Below, piece by piece: positions 12,759-26,639 of a stretch of 64,000 bases of DNA. The stretch covers positions 5,704,001 through 5,768,000 of the forward strand of contig OX597822.1 of the NCBI GenBank assembly GCA_951406725.2, given 5' to 3'. This DNA is from Octopus vulgaris (taxonomy: Eukaryota). The notes below the pieces were generated by a model. It saw nothing but the letters and a program-made list of their open reading frames with translations. It was not told where the DNA came from and did no database searches. The position numbers and the translations under genes are program-made. How positions within the stretch are numbered: the stretch's first letter is position 1; each line of letters starts with the position of its first letter.

Positions 12759-13735
12759 CTCTCTCTCTCGCTATGTGGTGTCGGTTTCTCCCTCTGTTAT
12801 CACTGTCTCTCTCTCTCTCTCTGTATATATATCTCGCCTTCACTCGCTTCCACAGGCTTAGCCAATACGCAGGATGAAAAATATCAGCTAAGTCCTGTTC
12901 CTTTTCATTGTTTTTGCAAGTATCATCATCACCATCAAGCCTTCTTCTTATTATTGTTTCCCCATATATTGGCGTTATCGTTGTCTTTCGTCTCAAATGC
13001 TAGCTGAAGCATATAAACTTTCATTCACAAAAACTTCGCAAAAACATCTCGTCTCAAATTTGGTCTTTCTTTCTGTCGCTAAATTCTCTAACCCATTTTT
13101 TCCCAACTTCCACTCATAGAAACTTATGCACACGATCGCAAAGCATTCCATCTCAAATCCTGTCTTTCTTTCTGCCGCCTAAAAATCTCATCTTCTCCCA
13201 TTGCGCGGTGTCGTTTTGTCCCTCTGTTATCACTATGTCTCTCTCTCTCTCTCTCGCTCTCTCTCTCTCGCTATGTGGTGTCGGTTTCTCCCTCTGTTAT
13301 CACTGTCTCTCTCTCTCTCTGTATATATATCTCGCCTTCACTCGCTTCCACAGGCTTAGCCAATACGCAGGATGAAAAATATCAGCTAAGTCCTGTTCCT
13401 TCTTTTCATTGTTTTTTGCAAGTATCATCATCACCATCAAGCCTTCTTATTATTATTGTTTCCCCATATATTGGCGTTATCGTTGTCTTTCGTCTCAAAT
13501 GCTAGCTGAAGCATATAAACTTTCATTCACAAAAACTTCGCAAAAACATCTCGTCTCAAATTTGGTCTTTCTTTCTGTCGCTAAATTCTCTAACCCATTT
13601 TTTCCCAACTTCCACTCATAGAAACTTATGCACACGATCGCAAAGCATTCCATCACAAATCCTGTCTTTCTTTCTGCCGCCTAAAAATCTCATCTTCTCC
13701 CATTGCGCGGTGTCGTTTTGTCCCTCTGTTATCAC

Positions 13736-13770
<35 letters not shown>

Positions 13771-15267
13771 CTCTCTCTCTCTCGCTATGTGGTGTCGGTT
13801 TCTCCCTCTGTTATCACTGTCTCTCTCTCTCTCTCTCTCTGTATATATATCTCGCCTTCACTCGCTTCCACAGGCTTAGCCAATACGCAGGATGAAAAAT
13901 ATCAGCTAAGTCCTGTTCCTTCTTTTCATTGTTTTTGCAAGTATCATCATCACCATCAAGCCTTCTTCTTATTATTGTTTCCCCATATATTGGCGTTATC
14001 GTTGTCTTTCGTCTCAAATGCTAGCTGAAGCATATAAACTTTCATTCACAAAAACTTCGCAAAAACATCTCGTCTCAAATTTGGTCTTTCTTTCTGTCGC
14101 TAAATTCTCTAACCCATTTTTTCCCAACTTCCACTCATAGAAACTTATGCACACGATCGCAAAGCATTCCATCTCAAATCCTGTCTTTCTTTCTGCCGCC
14201 TAAAAATCTCATCTTCTCCCATTGCGCGGTGTCGTTTTGTCCCTCTGTTATCACTATGTCTCTCTCTCTCTCTCTCTCGCTCTCTCTCTCTCGCTATGTG
14301 GTGTCGGTTTCTCCCTCTGTTATCACTGTCTCTCTCTCTCTCTGTATATATATCTCGCCTTCACTCGCTTCCACAGGCTTAGCCAATACGCAGGATGAAA
14401 AATATCAGCTAAGTCCTGTTCCTTCTTTTCATTGTTTTTTGCAAGTATCATCATCACCATCAAGCCTTCTTATTATTATTGTTTCCCCATATATTGGCGT
14501 TATCGTTGTCTTTCGTCTCAAATGCTAGCTGAAGCATATAAACTTTCATTCACAAAAACTTCGCAAAAACATCTCGTCTCAAATTTGGTCTTTCTTTCTG
14601 TCGCTAAATTCTCTAACCCATTTTTTCCCAACTTCCACTCATAGAAACTTATGCACACGATCGCAAAGCATTCCATCACAAATCCTGTCTTTCTTTCTGC
14701 CGCCTAAAAATCTCATCTTCTCCCATTGCGCGGTGTCGTTTTGTCCCTCTGTTATCACTATGTTTCTCTCTCTCTCTCTCTCTCTCTCGCTCTCCCTCTC
14801 TCGCTATGTGGTGTCGGTTTCTCCCTCTGTTATCACTGTCTCTCTCTCTCTCTGTATATATATCTCGCCTTCACTCGCTTCCACAGGCTTAGCCAATACG
14901 CAGGATGAAAAATATCAGCTAAGTCCTGTTCCTTCTTTTCATTGTTTTTGCAAGTATCATCATCACCATCAAGCCTTCTTCTTATTATTGTTTCCCCATA
15001 TATTGGCGTTATCGTTGTCTTTCGTCTCAAATGCTAGCTGAAGCATATAAACTTTCATTCACAAAAACTTCGCAAAAACATCTCGTCTCAAATTTGGTCT
15101 TTCTTTCTGTCGCTAAATTCTCTAACCCATTTTTTCCCAACTTCCACTCATAGAAACTTATGCACACGATCGCAAAGCATTCCATCACAAATCCTGTCTT
15201 TCTTTCTGCCGCCTAAAAATCTCATCTTCTCCCATTGCGCGGTGTCGTTTTGTCCCTCTGTTATCAC

Positions 15268-15314
<47 letters not shown>

Positions 15315-15777
15315 ATGTGGTGTCGGTTTCTCCCTCTGTTATCACTGTCTCTCTCTCTCTCTGTATATATATCTCGCCTTCACTCGCTTCCACAGGCTTA
15401 GCCAATACGCAGGATGAAAAATATCAGCTAAGTCCTGTTCCTTCTTTTCATTGTTTTTTGCAAGTATCATCATCACCATCAAGCCTTCTTATTATTATTG
15501 TTTCCCCATATATTGGCGTTATCGTTGTCTTTCGTCTCAAATGCTAGCTGAAGCATATAAACTTTCATTCACAAAAACTTCGCAAAAACATCTCGTCTCA
15601 AATTTGGTCTTTCTTTCTGTCGCTAAATTCTCTAACCCATTTTTTCCCAACTTCCACTCATAGAAACTTATGCACACGATCGCAAAGCATTCCATCACAA
15701 ATCCTGTCTTTCTTTCTGCCGCCTAAAAATCTCATCTTCTCCCATTGCGCGGTGTCGTTTTGTCCCTCTGTTATCAC

Positions 15778-15814
<37 letters not shown>

Positions 15815-16803
15815 CTCCCTCTCTCTCGCTATGTGGTGTCGGTTTCTCCCTCTGTTATCACTGTCTCTCTCTCTCTCTGTATATATATCTCGCCTTCACT
15901 CGCTTCCACAGGCTTAGCCAATACGCAGGATGAAAAATATCAGCTAAGTCCTGTTCCTTCTTTTCATTGTTTTTGCAAGTATCATCATCACCATCAAGCC
16001 TTCTTCTTATTATTGTTTCCCCATATATTGGCGTTATCGTTGTCTTTCGTCTCAAATGCTAGCTGAAGCATATAAACTTTCATTCACAAAAACTTCGCAA
16101 AAACATCTCGTCTCAAATTTGGTCTTTCTTTCTGTCGCTAAATTCTCTAACCCATTTTTTCCCAACTTCCACTCATAGAAACTTATGCACACGATCGCAA
16201 AGCATTCCATCTCAAATCCTGTCTTTCTTTCTGCCGCCTAAAAATCTCATCTTCTCCCATTGCGCGGTGTCGTTTTGTCCCTCTGTTATCACTATGTCTC
16301 TCTCTCTCTCTCTCTCTCGCTCTCTCTCTCTCGCTATGTGGTGTCGGTTTCTCCCTCTGTTATCACTGTCTCTCTCTCTCTCTCTCTCTGTATATATATC
16401 TCGCCTTCACTCGCTTCCACAGGCTTAGCCAATACGCAGGATGAAAAATATCAGCTAAGTCCTGTTCCTTCTTTTCATTGTTTTTGCAAGTATCATCATC
16501 ACCATCAAGCCTTCTTCTTATTATTGTTTCCCCATATATTGGCGTTATCGTTGTCTTTCGTCTCAAATGCTAGCTGAAGCATATAAACTTTCATTCACAA
16601 AAACTTCGCAAAAACATCTCGTCTCAAATTTGGTCTTTCTTTCTGTCGCTAAATTCTCTAACCCATCTTTTCCCAACTTCCACTCATAGAAACTTATGCA
16701 CACGATCGCAAAGCATTCCATCTCAAATCCTGTCTTTCTTTCTGCCGCCTAAAAATCTCATCTTCTCCCATTGCGCGGTGTCGTTTTGTCCCTCTGTTAT
16801 CAC

Positions 16804-16850
<47 letters not shown>

Positions 16851-17836
16851 CTCTCTCTCTCGCTATGTGGTGTCGGTTTCTCCCTCTGTTATCACTGTCT
16901 CTCTCTCTCTCTCTGTATATATATCTCGCCTTCACTCGCTTCCACAGGCTTAGCCAATACGCAGGATGAAAAATATCAGCTAAGTCCTGTTCCTTCTTTT
17001 CATTGTTTTTTGCAAGTATCATCATCACCATCAAGCCTTCTTATTATTATTGTTTCCCCATATATTGGCGTTATCGTTGTCTTTCGTCTCAAATGCTAGC
17101 TGAAGCATATAAACTTTCATTCACAAAAACTTCGCAAAAACATCTCGTCTCAAATTTGGTCTTTCTTTCTGTCGCTAAATTCTCTAACCCATTTTTTCCC
17201 AACTTCCACTCATAGAAACTTATGCACACGATCGCAAAGCATTCCATCTCAAATCCTGTCTTTCTTTCTGCCGCCTAAAAATCTCATCTTCTCCCATTGC
17301 GCGGTGTCGTTTTGTCCCTCTGTTATCACTATGTCTCTCTCTCTCTCTCTCTCGCTCTCTCTCTCTCGCTATGTGGTGTCGGTTTCTCCCTCTGTTATCA
17401 CTGTCTCTCTCTCTCTCTCTCTGTATATATATCTCGCCTTCACTCGCTTCCACAGGCTTAGCCAATACGCAGGATGAAAAATATCAGCTAAGTCCTGTTC
17501 CTTCTTTTCATTGTTTTTTGCAAGTATCATCATCACCATCAAGCCTTCTTATTATTATTGTTTCCCCATATATTGGCGTTATCGTTGTCTTTCGTCTCAA
17601 ATGCTAGCTGAAGCATATAAACTTTCATTCACAAAACTTCGCAAAAACATCTCGTCTCAAATTTGGTCTTTCTTTCTGTCGCTAAATTCTCTAACCCATT
17701 TTTTCCCAACTTCCACTCATAGAAACTTATGCACACGATCGCAAAGCATTCCATCTCAAATCCTGTCTTTCTTTCTGCCGCCTAAAAATCTCATCTTCTC
17801 CCATTGCGCGGTGTCGTTTTGTCCCTCTGTTATCAC

Positions 17837-17885
<49 letters not shown>

Positions 17886-19535
17886 ATGTGGTGTCGGTTT
17901 CTCCCTCTGTTATCACTGTCTCTCTCTCTCTCTCTGTATATATATCTCGCCTTCACTCGCCCCCCCCCCCCCCCCCCCCCCCCCCACAGGCTTAGCCAAT
18001 ACGCAGGATGAAAAATATCAGCTAAGTCCTGTTCCTTTTCATTGTTTTTGCAAGTATCATCATCACCATCAAGCCTTCTTCTTATTATTGTTTCCCCATA
18101 TATTGGCGTTATCGTTGTCTTTCGTCTCAAATGCTAGCTGAAGCATATAAACTTTCATTCACAAAAACTTCGCAAAAACATCTCGTCTCAAATTTGGTCT
18201 TTCTTTCTGTCGCTAAATTCTCTAACCCATTTTTTCCCAACTTCCACTCATAGAAACTTATGCACACGATCGCAAAGCATTCCATCTCAAATCCTGTCTT
18301 TCTTTCTGCCGCCTAAAAATCTCATCTTCTCCCATTGCGCGGTGTCGTTTTGTCCCTCTGTTATCACTATGTCTCTCTCTCTCTCTCTCTCTCTGCCTCT
18401 CTCTCTCTCGCTATGTGGTGTCGGTTTCTCCCTCTGTTATCACTGTCTCTCTCTCTCTCTGTATATATATCTCGCCTTCACTCGCTTCCACAGGCTTAGC
18501 CAATACGCAGGATGAAAAATATCAGCTAAGTCCTGTTCCTTCTTTTCATTGTTTTTGCAAGTATCATCATCACCATCAAGCCTTCTTCTTATTATTGTTT
18601 CCCCATATATTGGCGTTATCGTTGTCTTTCGTCTCAAATGCTAGCTGAAGCATATAAACTTTCATTCACAAAAACTTCGCAAAAACATCTCGTCTCAAAT
18701 TTGGTCTTTCTTTCTGTCGCTAAATTCTCTAACCCATCTTTTCCCAACTTCCACTCATAGAAACTTATGCACACGATCGCAAAGCATTCCATCTCAAATC
18801 CTGTCTTTCTTTCTGCCGCCTAAAAATCTCATCTTCTCCCATTGCGCGTCTCTCTCTCTCTGTATATCTCGCCTTAAAATCTCATCTTCTCCTGTTCCTT
18901 TTCATTGTTTTTGCAAGTATCATCATCACCATCAAGCCTTCTTCTTATTATTGTTTCCCCATATATTGGCGTTATCGTTGTCTTTCGTCTCAAATGCTAG
19001 CTGAAGCATATAAACTTTCATTCACAAAAACTTCGCAAAAAACATCTCGTCTCAAATTTGGTCTTTCTTTCTGTCGCTAAATTCTCTGCTATGTGGTGTC
19101 GGTTTCTCCCTCTCGTTATCACTGTCTCTCTCTCTCTCTCTGTATATATATCTCGCCTTCACTCGCTTCCTCCACAGGCTTAGCCAATACGCAGGATGAA
19201 AAATATCAGCTAAGTCCTGTTCCTTCATTTTCATTGTTTTTGCAAGTATCATCATCACCATCAAGCCTTCTTCTTATTATTGTTTCCCCATATATTGGCG
19301 TTATCGTTGTCTTTCGTCTCAAATGCCACTGAAGCATATAAACTTTCATTCACAAAAACTTCGCAAAAACATCTCGTCTCAAATTTGGTCTTTCTTTCTG
19401 TCGCTAAATTCTCTAACCCATCTTTTCCCAACTTCCACTCATAGAAACTTATGCACACGATCGCAAAGCATTCCATCTCAAATCCTGTCTTTCTTTCTGC
19501 CGCCTAAAAATCTCATCTTCTCCCATTGCGCGGTG
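6172..19535. repeat. Tandem satellite array, ~512-bp monomer, about 26 copies
   Basis: Anchor ccacaggcttagccaatacg recurs at ~6187, 6696, 7201, 7713 ... 17984, 18488, 19172. Near-identical copies differ mainly in (CT)n length and a few diagnostic variants; units at 18840-19330 are scrambled. Confidence 0.98.
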
Positions 19536-19544
19536 CGCCCGCCC

Positions 19545-19926
19545 TCCCACCCCCACCACCAATACCACCACCAATACCACCAATACCACCACCAATACCA
19601 CCACCAATACCACCAATACCACCAATACCACCAATACCACCAATACCACCACCAATACCACCAATACCACCACCAATACCACCAATACCACCACCAATAC
19701 CACCAATACCACCACCACCAATACCAATACCACCACCACCAATACCACCAATACCACCAATACCACCACCAATACCACCAATACCACCACCAATACCACC
19801 ACCACTACCACCAATACCACCAATACCACCACCACCACCAATACCACCCCCACCACCAATACCACCCCCACCACCAATACCACCCCCACCACCAATACCA
19901 CCCCCCACCGCCAATACCACCAATAC
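19545..19926. repeat. Compound (CCA)n/CCAATA low-complexity repeat
   Basis: Irregular ccaataccaccacca iterations directly after the last satellite unit. Confidence 0.9.
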
Positions 19927-20409
19927 CGGTGAACACTGTTCTCACCATCTACACCGGATACTCCCTCCTCCTCCCCCACCACCCCTTCCTACCCCTTCTC
20001 CTCATATGCTTTCACTGAGAAAAGACAAGCTGCTAGCGTCTCAGCTCATCAACCGCCCTCTGATCTTACGCTTCCTCCTGTTTTGAATCTGACACTGCCT
20101 CAATCCTACTATCCCCTTCCAGTCCCCTCCATGCCTCGTAATATCCTACGTTTTTATTTCTTACGAACCTGCACCAACCCTTCCTGCCATCGTTCCTCCT
20201 TACCCACCCAACCTTCCCCACACCTACCCATATATATACACATCCTACGTTTATATTTCTTACGAACCTTCACCAACCCTTCCTGCCATCGTTCCTCCTC
20301 CCCCAACCTTCCCCACTGGTGCTCCCCTATATTACCTGCACCCCTTTACTATCTCTCCCTCTCTTTTCACTGGTGAAACCTTTCTCAGCTGGACCCCCCC
20401 AACTCAACT

Positions 20410-20666
20410 CTACCCCGCATCCCGTTGCCCCCGTGTCCCTGGCACGTTAAAAGCTCGAACCGATCGTGACCGATGCCGGACCCCCGGCCCCTGTGCAGGT
20501 GGCACGTAAAAAGCACCCAATCCACTCACGGAGTGGTTGGCGTTAGGAAGGGCATCCAGCCGTAGAAACTCTGCCAGAATCAGACTGGAGCCTGGAGCGG
20601 CCCCTGGCTTCCCAGACCCCGGTCGAACCGTCCAACCCGTGCTAGCGCGGAAAACGGACGTTAAAC

Positions 20667-20698
<32 letters not shown>
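20410..20698 (+). mobile_element. RTE LINE 3' end (CpG-rich, young)
   Basis: gagtggttggcgttaggaagggcatcc...ggacgttaaac(gat)n. Confidence 0.85.
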
Positions 20699-20699
<1 letters not shown>

Positions 20700-20709
20700 A
20701 TATATATAT

Positions 20710-20872
20710 ATACATACGACGGGCTTCTTTCAGTTTATGTCTACCAAATCCACTCATAAAACTTTGGTCTGCTTGGAGCTATAGCAGAAGACACTTGAAC
20801 ATGGTGCCACGCAGTGGGAGTGAACCCAGAACCATGTGGTTGGGAAGTAAACTTCTTACCACTCAGCCACAT
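20710..20872 (-). mobile_element. SINE family A, 5' half
   Basis: Reverse complement matches 4693-4850. Confidence 0.8.
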
Positions 20873-20995
20873 TAAACTAGCACTCTGTTGCTTATGATAA
20901 TGAGTATTCCAATCAATGGAATCAAACCCACAACCTCATAATCATGAGCTGAATACCATAACCACTAAGCCACGTGTCTTCACACATACATACAC

Positions 20996-21026
<31 letters not shown>

Positions 21027-21037
21027 CATACATACAT

Positions 21038-21318
21038 GGTGGTTGTCTACTCCTTATGCAGAGTTTGACCACCTCCTGTACCTACACCTTAGCGCCATCA
21101 TGGCATCTGATGTGGCTTTTTAAACCAGACAATGTATAGAAAAGACACCCACGTAGATTGCACATCCGGTTTGGACCACCAAGAGCTGAAGATAAGTTCT
21201 GATCTTTGTGGATCTTAAAATGTCCTTTGTGGCTTCCGTTAGATTTGCAAACCTTCTGGCATACACTGCATTCAAAGGTGTGAACAGACATATTGGCAAA
21301 ATACTTGGTGGAGGTTCG
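21038..21318 (-). mobile_element. 3' end of a non-LTR retrotransposon with tandem C2H2-type zinc fingers
   Basis: Minus-strand peptide FECSVCQKVCKSNGSHKGHFKIH...CNLRGCLFYTLSGLKSHIRCH, then a short UTR; embedded in an (ACAT)n microsatellite. Confidence 0.55.
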
Positions 21319-21789
21319 TACATACATACATACATACATACATACATACATACATACATACATACATACATACATACATACATACTTACATACATAATTT
21401 ATTGGGGCCCTGGGATATGTAACACACTGCCTAAATGCCAATCTTGAGAAATTAGGCTTCTCAAAACTAGAATGGAGAATGCTAATTCAAAGACTACAGA
21501 TCCAATCCATAACTGGAACTGCAAAAATCTGTAAAACTTTCCAGAAGTTTATCATTTAAATATATATGAACTTGTCTAGATATGCATCTATATGCATGAG
21601 AATACATACATAAAACAAAACATACAAATTTGCACATATAAATACATACATACATACATACATACATACAAACAAACAAAAATACCCTGTTGTTGATGTT
21701 GAAATTCCAATGAAGGAGCCTTGGATCTAGGTTTAGAAACCGGTTCTTTCTCTTTTGGCAAGGAATCTTGAAATAAAACTGAACAATGG

Positions 21790-22620
21790 CATACATACAT
21801 TCATACATACATACATACATACATACATACATACATACATACATACATACATACATACATACATACATACATACATACATACATACATACATACATACAT
21901 ACATACATACATACATACATACATACATACATACATACATACATACATACATACATACATACATACATACATACATACATACATACACACATACACATAC
22001 ATACATACATACACACATACATACATACATACATACATACATACATACATACATACATACATACATACATACATACACACATACATACATACATACACAC
22101 ATACATACATACATACATACACATACATACATACACACATACATACATACATACACACATACATACATACATACACACATACATACACACATACACACAC
22201 ACATACATACATTCATACATACATACATACATACACACATACATACATACATACATACATACATACATACATACATACATACATACATACATACATACAT
22301 ACATACATACATACATACATACATACATACATACATACATACACACATACACACATACATACATACATACATACATACATACATACATACATACATACAT
22401 ACATACATACATACATACATACACACATACATACATACATACATACATACACACATACATACATACATACATACATACATACACACATACATACATACAT
22501 ACACACATACATACATACATACATACATACATACATACATACACACATACATACATACATACATACATACATACATACATACATACATACATACATACAT
22601 ACATACATACATACATACAT

Positions 22621-22663
<43 letters not shown>

Positions 22664-22670
22664 TACATAT
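21790..22670. repeat. ~880-bp (ACAT)n microsatellite ending in (AGAC)n
   Basis: Directly visible; explains the 300-400 aa YVCM/HTYI ORFs. Confidence 0.98.
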
Positions 22671-23153
22671 AGATATGTCCACTCTGCGAGGTGGAGGGCA
22701 TTCAACCATAAAAATGTTGCCAAACAGACACTGAATCCTGATGTAGTCTTCTGCCTAGCAAGCTCCTGTCAAACTGGCCAACCCATGCCAGCATGGAAAG
22801 CAGACATTAAAAGATGATGATGATGATGATGATGATGGTATGAATAATGTGCAGTTTAATGGATTTAGATAAAATAAAATAAAATAAAAATAAAGTAAAA
22901 TGAATAAATATGCATGCTGGTGCTATGAAGAATGTAATGCCGTATACTCTATAAAGTGGTAAATTTTATGAAAATATCTCTTCAATAGAAAACATGCCAA
23001 ACTGAGACGTTGGAGGAAATTATGGTCCTCTAGCTTGTGAGATTCTGCTGAACCATGAAACCCATGCCAGCATGAAAGATGGATGCAAAATTTTGACGAA
23101 GATGATACATACACAGACATAGTCTCACAGACACACACACACATGCATACACA

Positions 23154-23184
<31 letters not shown>

Positions 23185-23368
23185 TCAAACACATGGCTCA
23201 TCATCATTTTAACCATGTTCAATGCTTGTATGGGTCAGACGGAATCTGCTGAGGCAGATTTTTTCTACAGCTGGAAGCTCTTCCTGTTGTCAAACCTCAC
23301 CTGCTTCAAAGCAAGTAAACATTCACCCATGGCTGGTCAGACTTGTTTTCATAGAGGACTGGAAATGA

Positions 23369-23464
<96 letters not shown>

Positions 23465-23549
23465 TGTAATTCTACATACACATCCACAAGCAATCTGAAA
23501 TTCTGTACTTCATTGTGTACTTATAATTTCCTTTGAATGTTTATGTTGC

Positions 23550-23580
<31 letters not shown>

Positions 23581-23709
23581 CTGCTTATGTCATTGCTACA
23601 AACAAGAAAGCATTATCATCGGCCCAGTGCCAATTTTGGAAATTATTATTATTATTATTATCATTATTATTATCATCATTATATTATTATTATTATCATC
23701 ATCATCATC

Positions 23710-23772
<63 letters not shown>

Positions 23773-24546
23773 GCTAGTGTTATTATTACTTATTATTACT
23801 TTTAAACATCATTTATAAAGTTTGGTCAGAATACTTTGGAATCTGTACAAACTATCTCATATTAATCTTTCAAACATTGTCCTCTCATGGAATCATAATA
23901 ATCCAAATTTTGATTTTATTTCTCTAACACGATAGTCTTTTCAAAACTGTCTACAATCCATTTATTTATATATTTTATGTCAGAATATATCTAACATGGT
24001 AAATCTAAAATCAAGCAACATACTCATAATACTCTTCTTCCATTAATTGACTTATTCAGTATCAAAGCCACCACCACCACCAACACCACCACCACCACCA
24101 CCACCAGCACCAACACCACCAGCACCACCACCGCCGCCAACACCTCCACCACCACCACCACTGACAACACAAACAACAATAATGCATCCATCACAATGAA
24201 AACAACGACAACGACGATGACGATGATGACGACGACGACGACCAACACCACCACCATCACCACCACCACCGCCACCACCACCACCACCACCAGCACCACC
24301 ACCACAAACAAAATCAACAATAACAGCCACAACATAAGCACCATTACCACTGAAAACAATACCACTGTCATGACAACCACCATTTATTTTCAGCTTTAGG
24401 TATTCTGAATTTGATTTTAATCATGTTGGTAGGCAAGACATTTATAATTTCTAAATCTATGTCAAATAGAGATTTATGGCTAAGAGTGAGAGATGGGCAG
24501 GGGGGGGGGGAGGAGGAAAGAGTGACTTGTTTAATGGGAAACTCAC

Positions 24547-24610
24547 TTGCAAATATGATTTCTTAATGTTCACCTGGGTAAAATTTCTACTTGGGCTCCC
24601 AGAAATTGAA
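24547..24610 (-). CDS. Candidate host-gene exon (unidentified)
   Basis: tgtttag|T TCA ATT TCT GGG...TAT TTG CAA|GTGAGT, peptide SISGSPSRNFTQVNIKKSYLQ. An alternative acceptor gives a 27-nt exon (24547-24573). Confidence 0.25.
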
Positions 24611-24631
24611 CTAAACACTAGAAATTTTGAT

Positions 24632-24930
24632 TCATCATCATCATCATCATCACTTAACGTCTGCTTTCCATGCTTTCCATGGACGATTTAACTGAGGTCT
24701 GGCAAACCAGATGGCTGCACCAGACTCCAGTCTGATCTGGCAGAGTTTCTACAGCTAGATGCCCTTCCTTATGCCAACCACTCCGAGAGTGTAGTGGGTG
24801 CTTTTACGTGCTACTGGCACGAAGGCCAGTCAGGTAGTACTGGCAACGACCATGCTCAAATGGTGCTTTTCATGTGCCACCTGCACAGGAGCCAGTCTAG
24901 CGGCACTGGCAATGACCTTGCTCGAATGTT
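24632..24930 (-). mobile_element. RTE LINE 3' end
   Basis: (cat)n tail at left; reverse-complement RTE 3' UTR. Confidence 0.8.
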
Positions 24931-24960
24931 TTTTTTTTAATCGATATGATTCTTTTTATA

Positions 24961-25505
24961 GGCCCATGGCTTTGTGGTTAGGGTATTTGGCTCATGATCA
25001 TAAGGTTTTGAGTACGATTTCCAGTGGTATGTTGTGTCCTTGAGCAAGACACTTTATTTCTCATTGTTCCAGTACACTCAACTGGCAAAAATGAGTAGCA
25101 GCTGCAATTCAAAGGGCCAGCATTGTCACATTCTGTATCATGCTGAATCTCTCTGGGAACTACATTAACCCTTTCAATACCAACCCAGCTGAAACCGCCT
25201 CTGGCTCTGTAGTACAAATGTCTTGTTTTCATAAGCTTTGAATTAAAACTTTCCACCAAACCTTAGTCCCAAGTTATGTTCCTAACACTAGCTTAATGAT
25301 AACTAAGTTATTTTACTAAATTCTTTTTTATATTTAAAATAATTGAAAGAAACACAGAGCAGCTCAAATAGAAATATGGTAACAAAAGGGTTAAGGGTAT
25401 GCATTTTTGTGGAGTGCTAAGCTACTCGCACGTTAATTTTACCAGTAGGCTGTTTTGTTGATCAGATCAACTGGAACTCTCATTGTTATAACTGATGGTA
25501 TGCCT
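24961..25505 (+). mobile_element. CORE-like tRNA SINE (family C) interrupted by a piggyBac-type MITE
   Basis: tggctttgtggttag A-box and ttgtgtccttgagcaagacacttt CORE-like block; sequence resumes after the TTAA at 25394. Confidence 0.6.
25169..25390. mobile_element. piggyBac-type non-autonomous MITE
   Basis: TTAA-CCCTTT...AAAGGG-TTAA, 222 bp; sister copy at 47410-47630. Confidence 0.85.
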
Positions 25506-25670
25506 GTTGGTGGTGTTGTTGTTTGTTGGTTTATCTATTAAAATTTTATGACATTTTCCTTAAGTACAAGACAAATTTTGTCAAAGGAGGTAGTTGGTTT
25601 TTGATCCCCGTTCCAAGCTATGAACAGGGCCGTCATGAAAACATATATATATTAACAATATATTAGTTGA

Positions 25671-25903
25671 AGGCGGCGAGGTGGCAGAAACGTTAGCATG
25701 CCAGACGAAATGCTTAGCAGTATTTCGTCTGCCACTACGTTCTGAGTTCAAATTCTGCCGAGGTCAACTTTGCCTTTTGTCCTTTCAGGGTCGACAAATT
25801 AAGAACCAGTTACACACTGGGGTCGATGTAATCGACTTAATTCGTTTGTCTGTCCTTGTTTGTCCCCTCTATGTTTAGCCCCTTGTGTGCAATAAAGAAA
25901 TAG
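25671..25903 (+). mobile_element. tRNA-derived SINE family B
   Basis: ggcggcgaggtggcagaaacgttagc...gagttcaaattc...ccttttgtcctttcagggtcgacaaattaagaaccag...aataaagaaatagg. Confidence 0.85.
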
Positions 25904-26639
25904 GAAAACATATACATTAGCAACAAACAGTAACAACCATAAATAGAAATGAAATAGGAGAATATAAGAAGATCAAGAGACAAGCAAGACAAAGGCGTGT
26001 GTTATAAACAAACCTGTTTTTGTTACATAGTGAAATGATTTTGTTATCTAATGAATATCTAACAGGTGTACATACAGGTATGAGGACAAAAGTGTAGCAA
26101 GACAGAAAAGAACTATTTTGTCATGGTGGCATAGCACAGTCATGCTATAGTCACTTCACCCAATTAGAGTTGGCTGTGGAAGGATACATGTGGCAAGTTC
26201 CACCCAGCAGTAAACACGCCTTTTCCAAAGAGCTAAATCAGTTGCAGATTTGACGGTTCTAGTGGCAACATCACTCTTTCTGGTATGTGTCTTTGACAGT
26301 GTTCACTATCAATGCCATGCAACTCTTTTGACTTATATCCATAACCATTCTGCAGCTTATAAGTACCAAACTTAAATACATAGTAAGTCATGCAAAATTA
26401 ATTCATGTCTCACTACACATCTCTTAGTCTCCCAATGCTCTACATATTTTAACATTCACATGCAAAGATAGAAATTAATTCTTATATCCTCACTTTGCAT
26501 AGCACTTATCAACAATTCAAAATAAATTACTATGCTTCATAAATAAAACATGCCTTCTGACATTTATTTCTACATACACTTCATTGCACATTATATTCTG
26601 ACATAGTTACATTTGAACACATTGCAAAATTAAACCTCG

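Noticed and set aside
6248-19332. Dozens of 60-166 aa ORFs repeated in the satellite (MFFASIII..., MRGVVLSL..., MRRKTTIT...)
   Set aside because: Frames shift with CT-tract and T-run length between copies, starts are often non-ATG, and no domain is recognisable; they are by-products of the repeat.
6172-19535. CRISPR-like array or tandem RNA gene cluster (5S, tRNA, snRNA)
   Set aside because: Whole units are near-identical with no unique spacers; no Pol III boxes, Sm site or rRNA/tRNA similarity was recognised; the context is eukaryotic.
19323-20086. Pro-, Gly- and His-rich ORFs resembling formin or cuticular proteins
   Set aside because: A CCA/CCAATA simple repeat open in several frames on both strands.
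21082-21318. Host C2H2 zinc-finger gene
   Set aside because: Only two fingers, one degenerate, without TGEKP linkers, bounded by microsatellites and followed by a short retroelement-like UTR.
21494-22817. 300-409 aa ORFs
   Set aside because: Translations of the (ACAT)n microsatellite.
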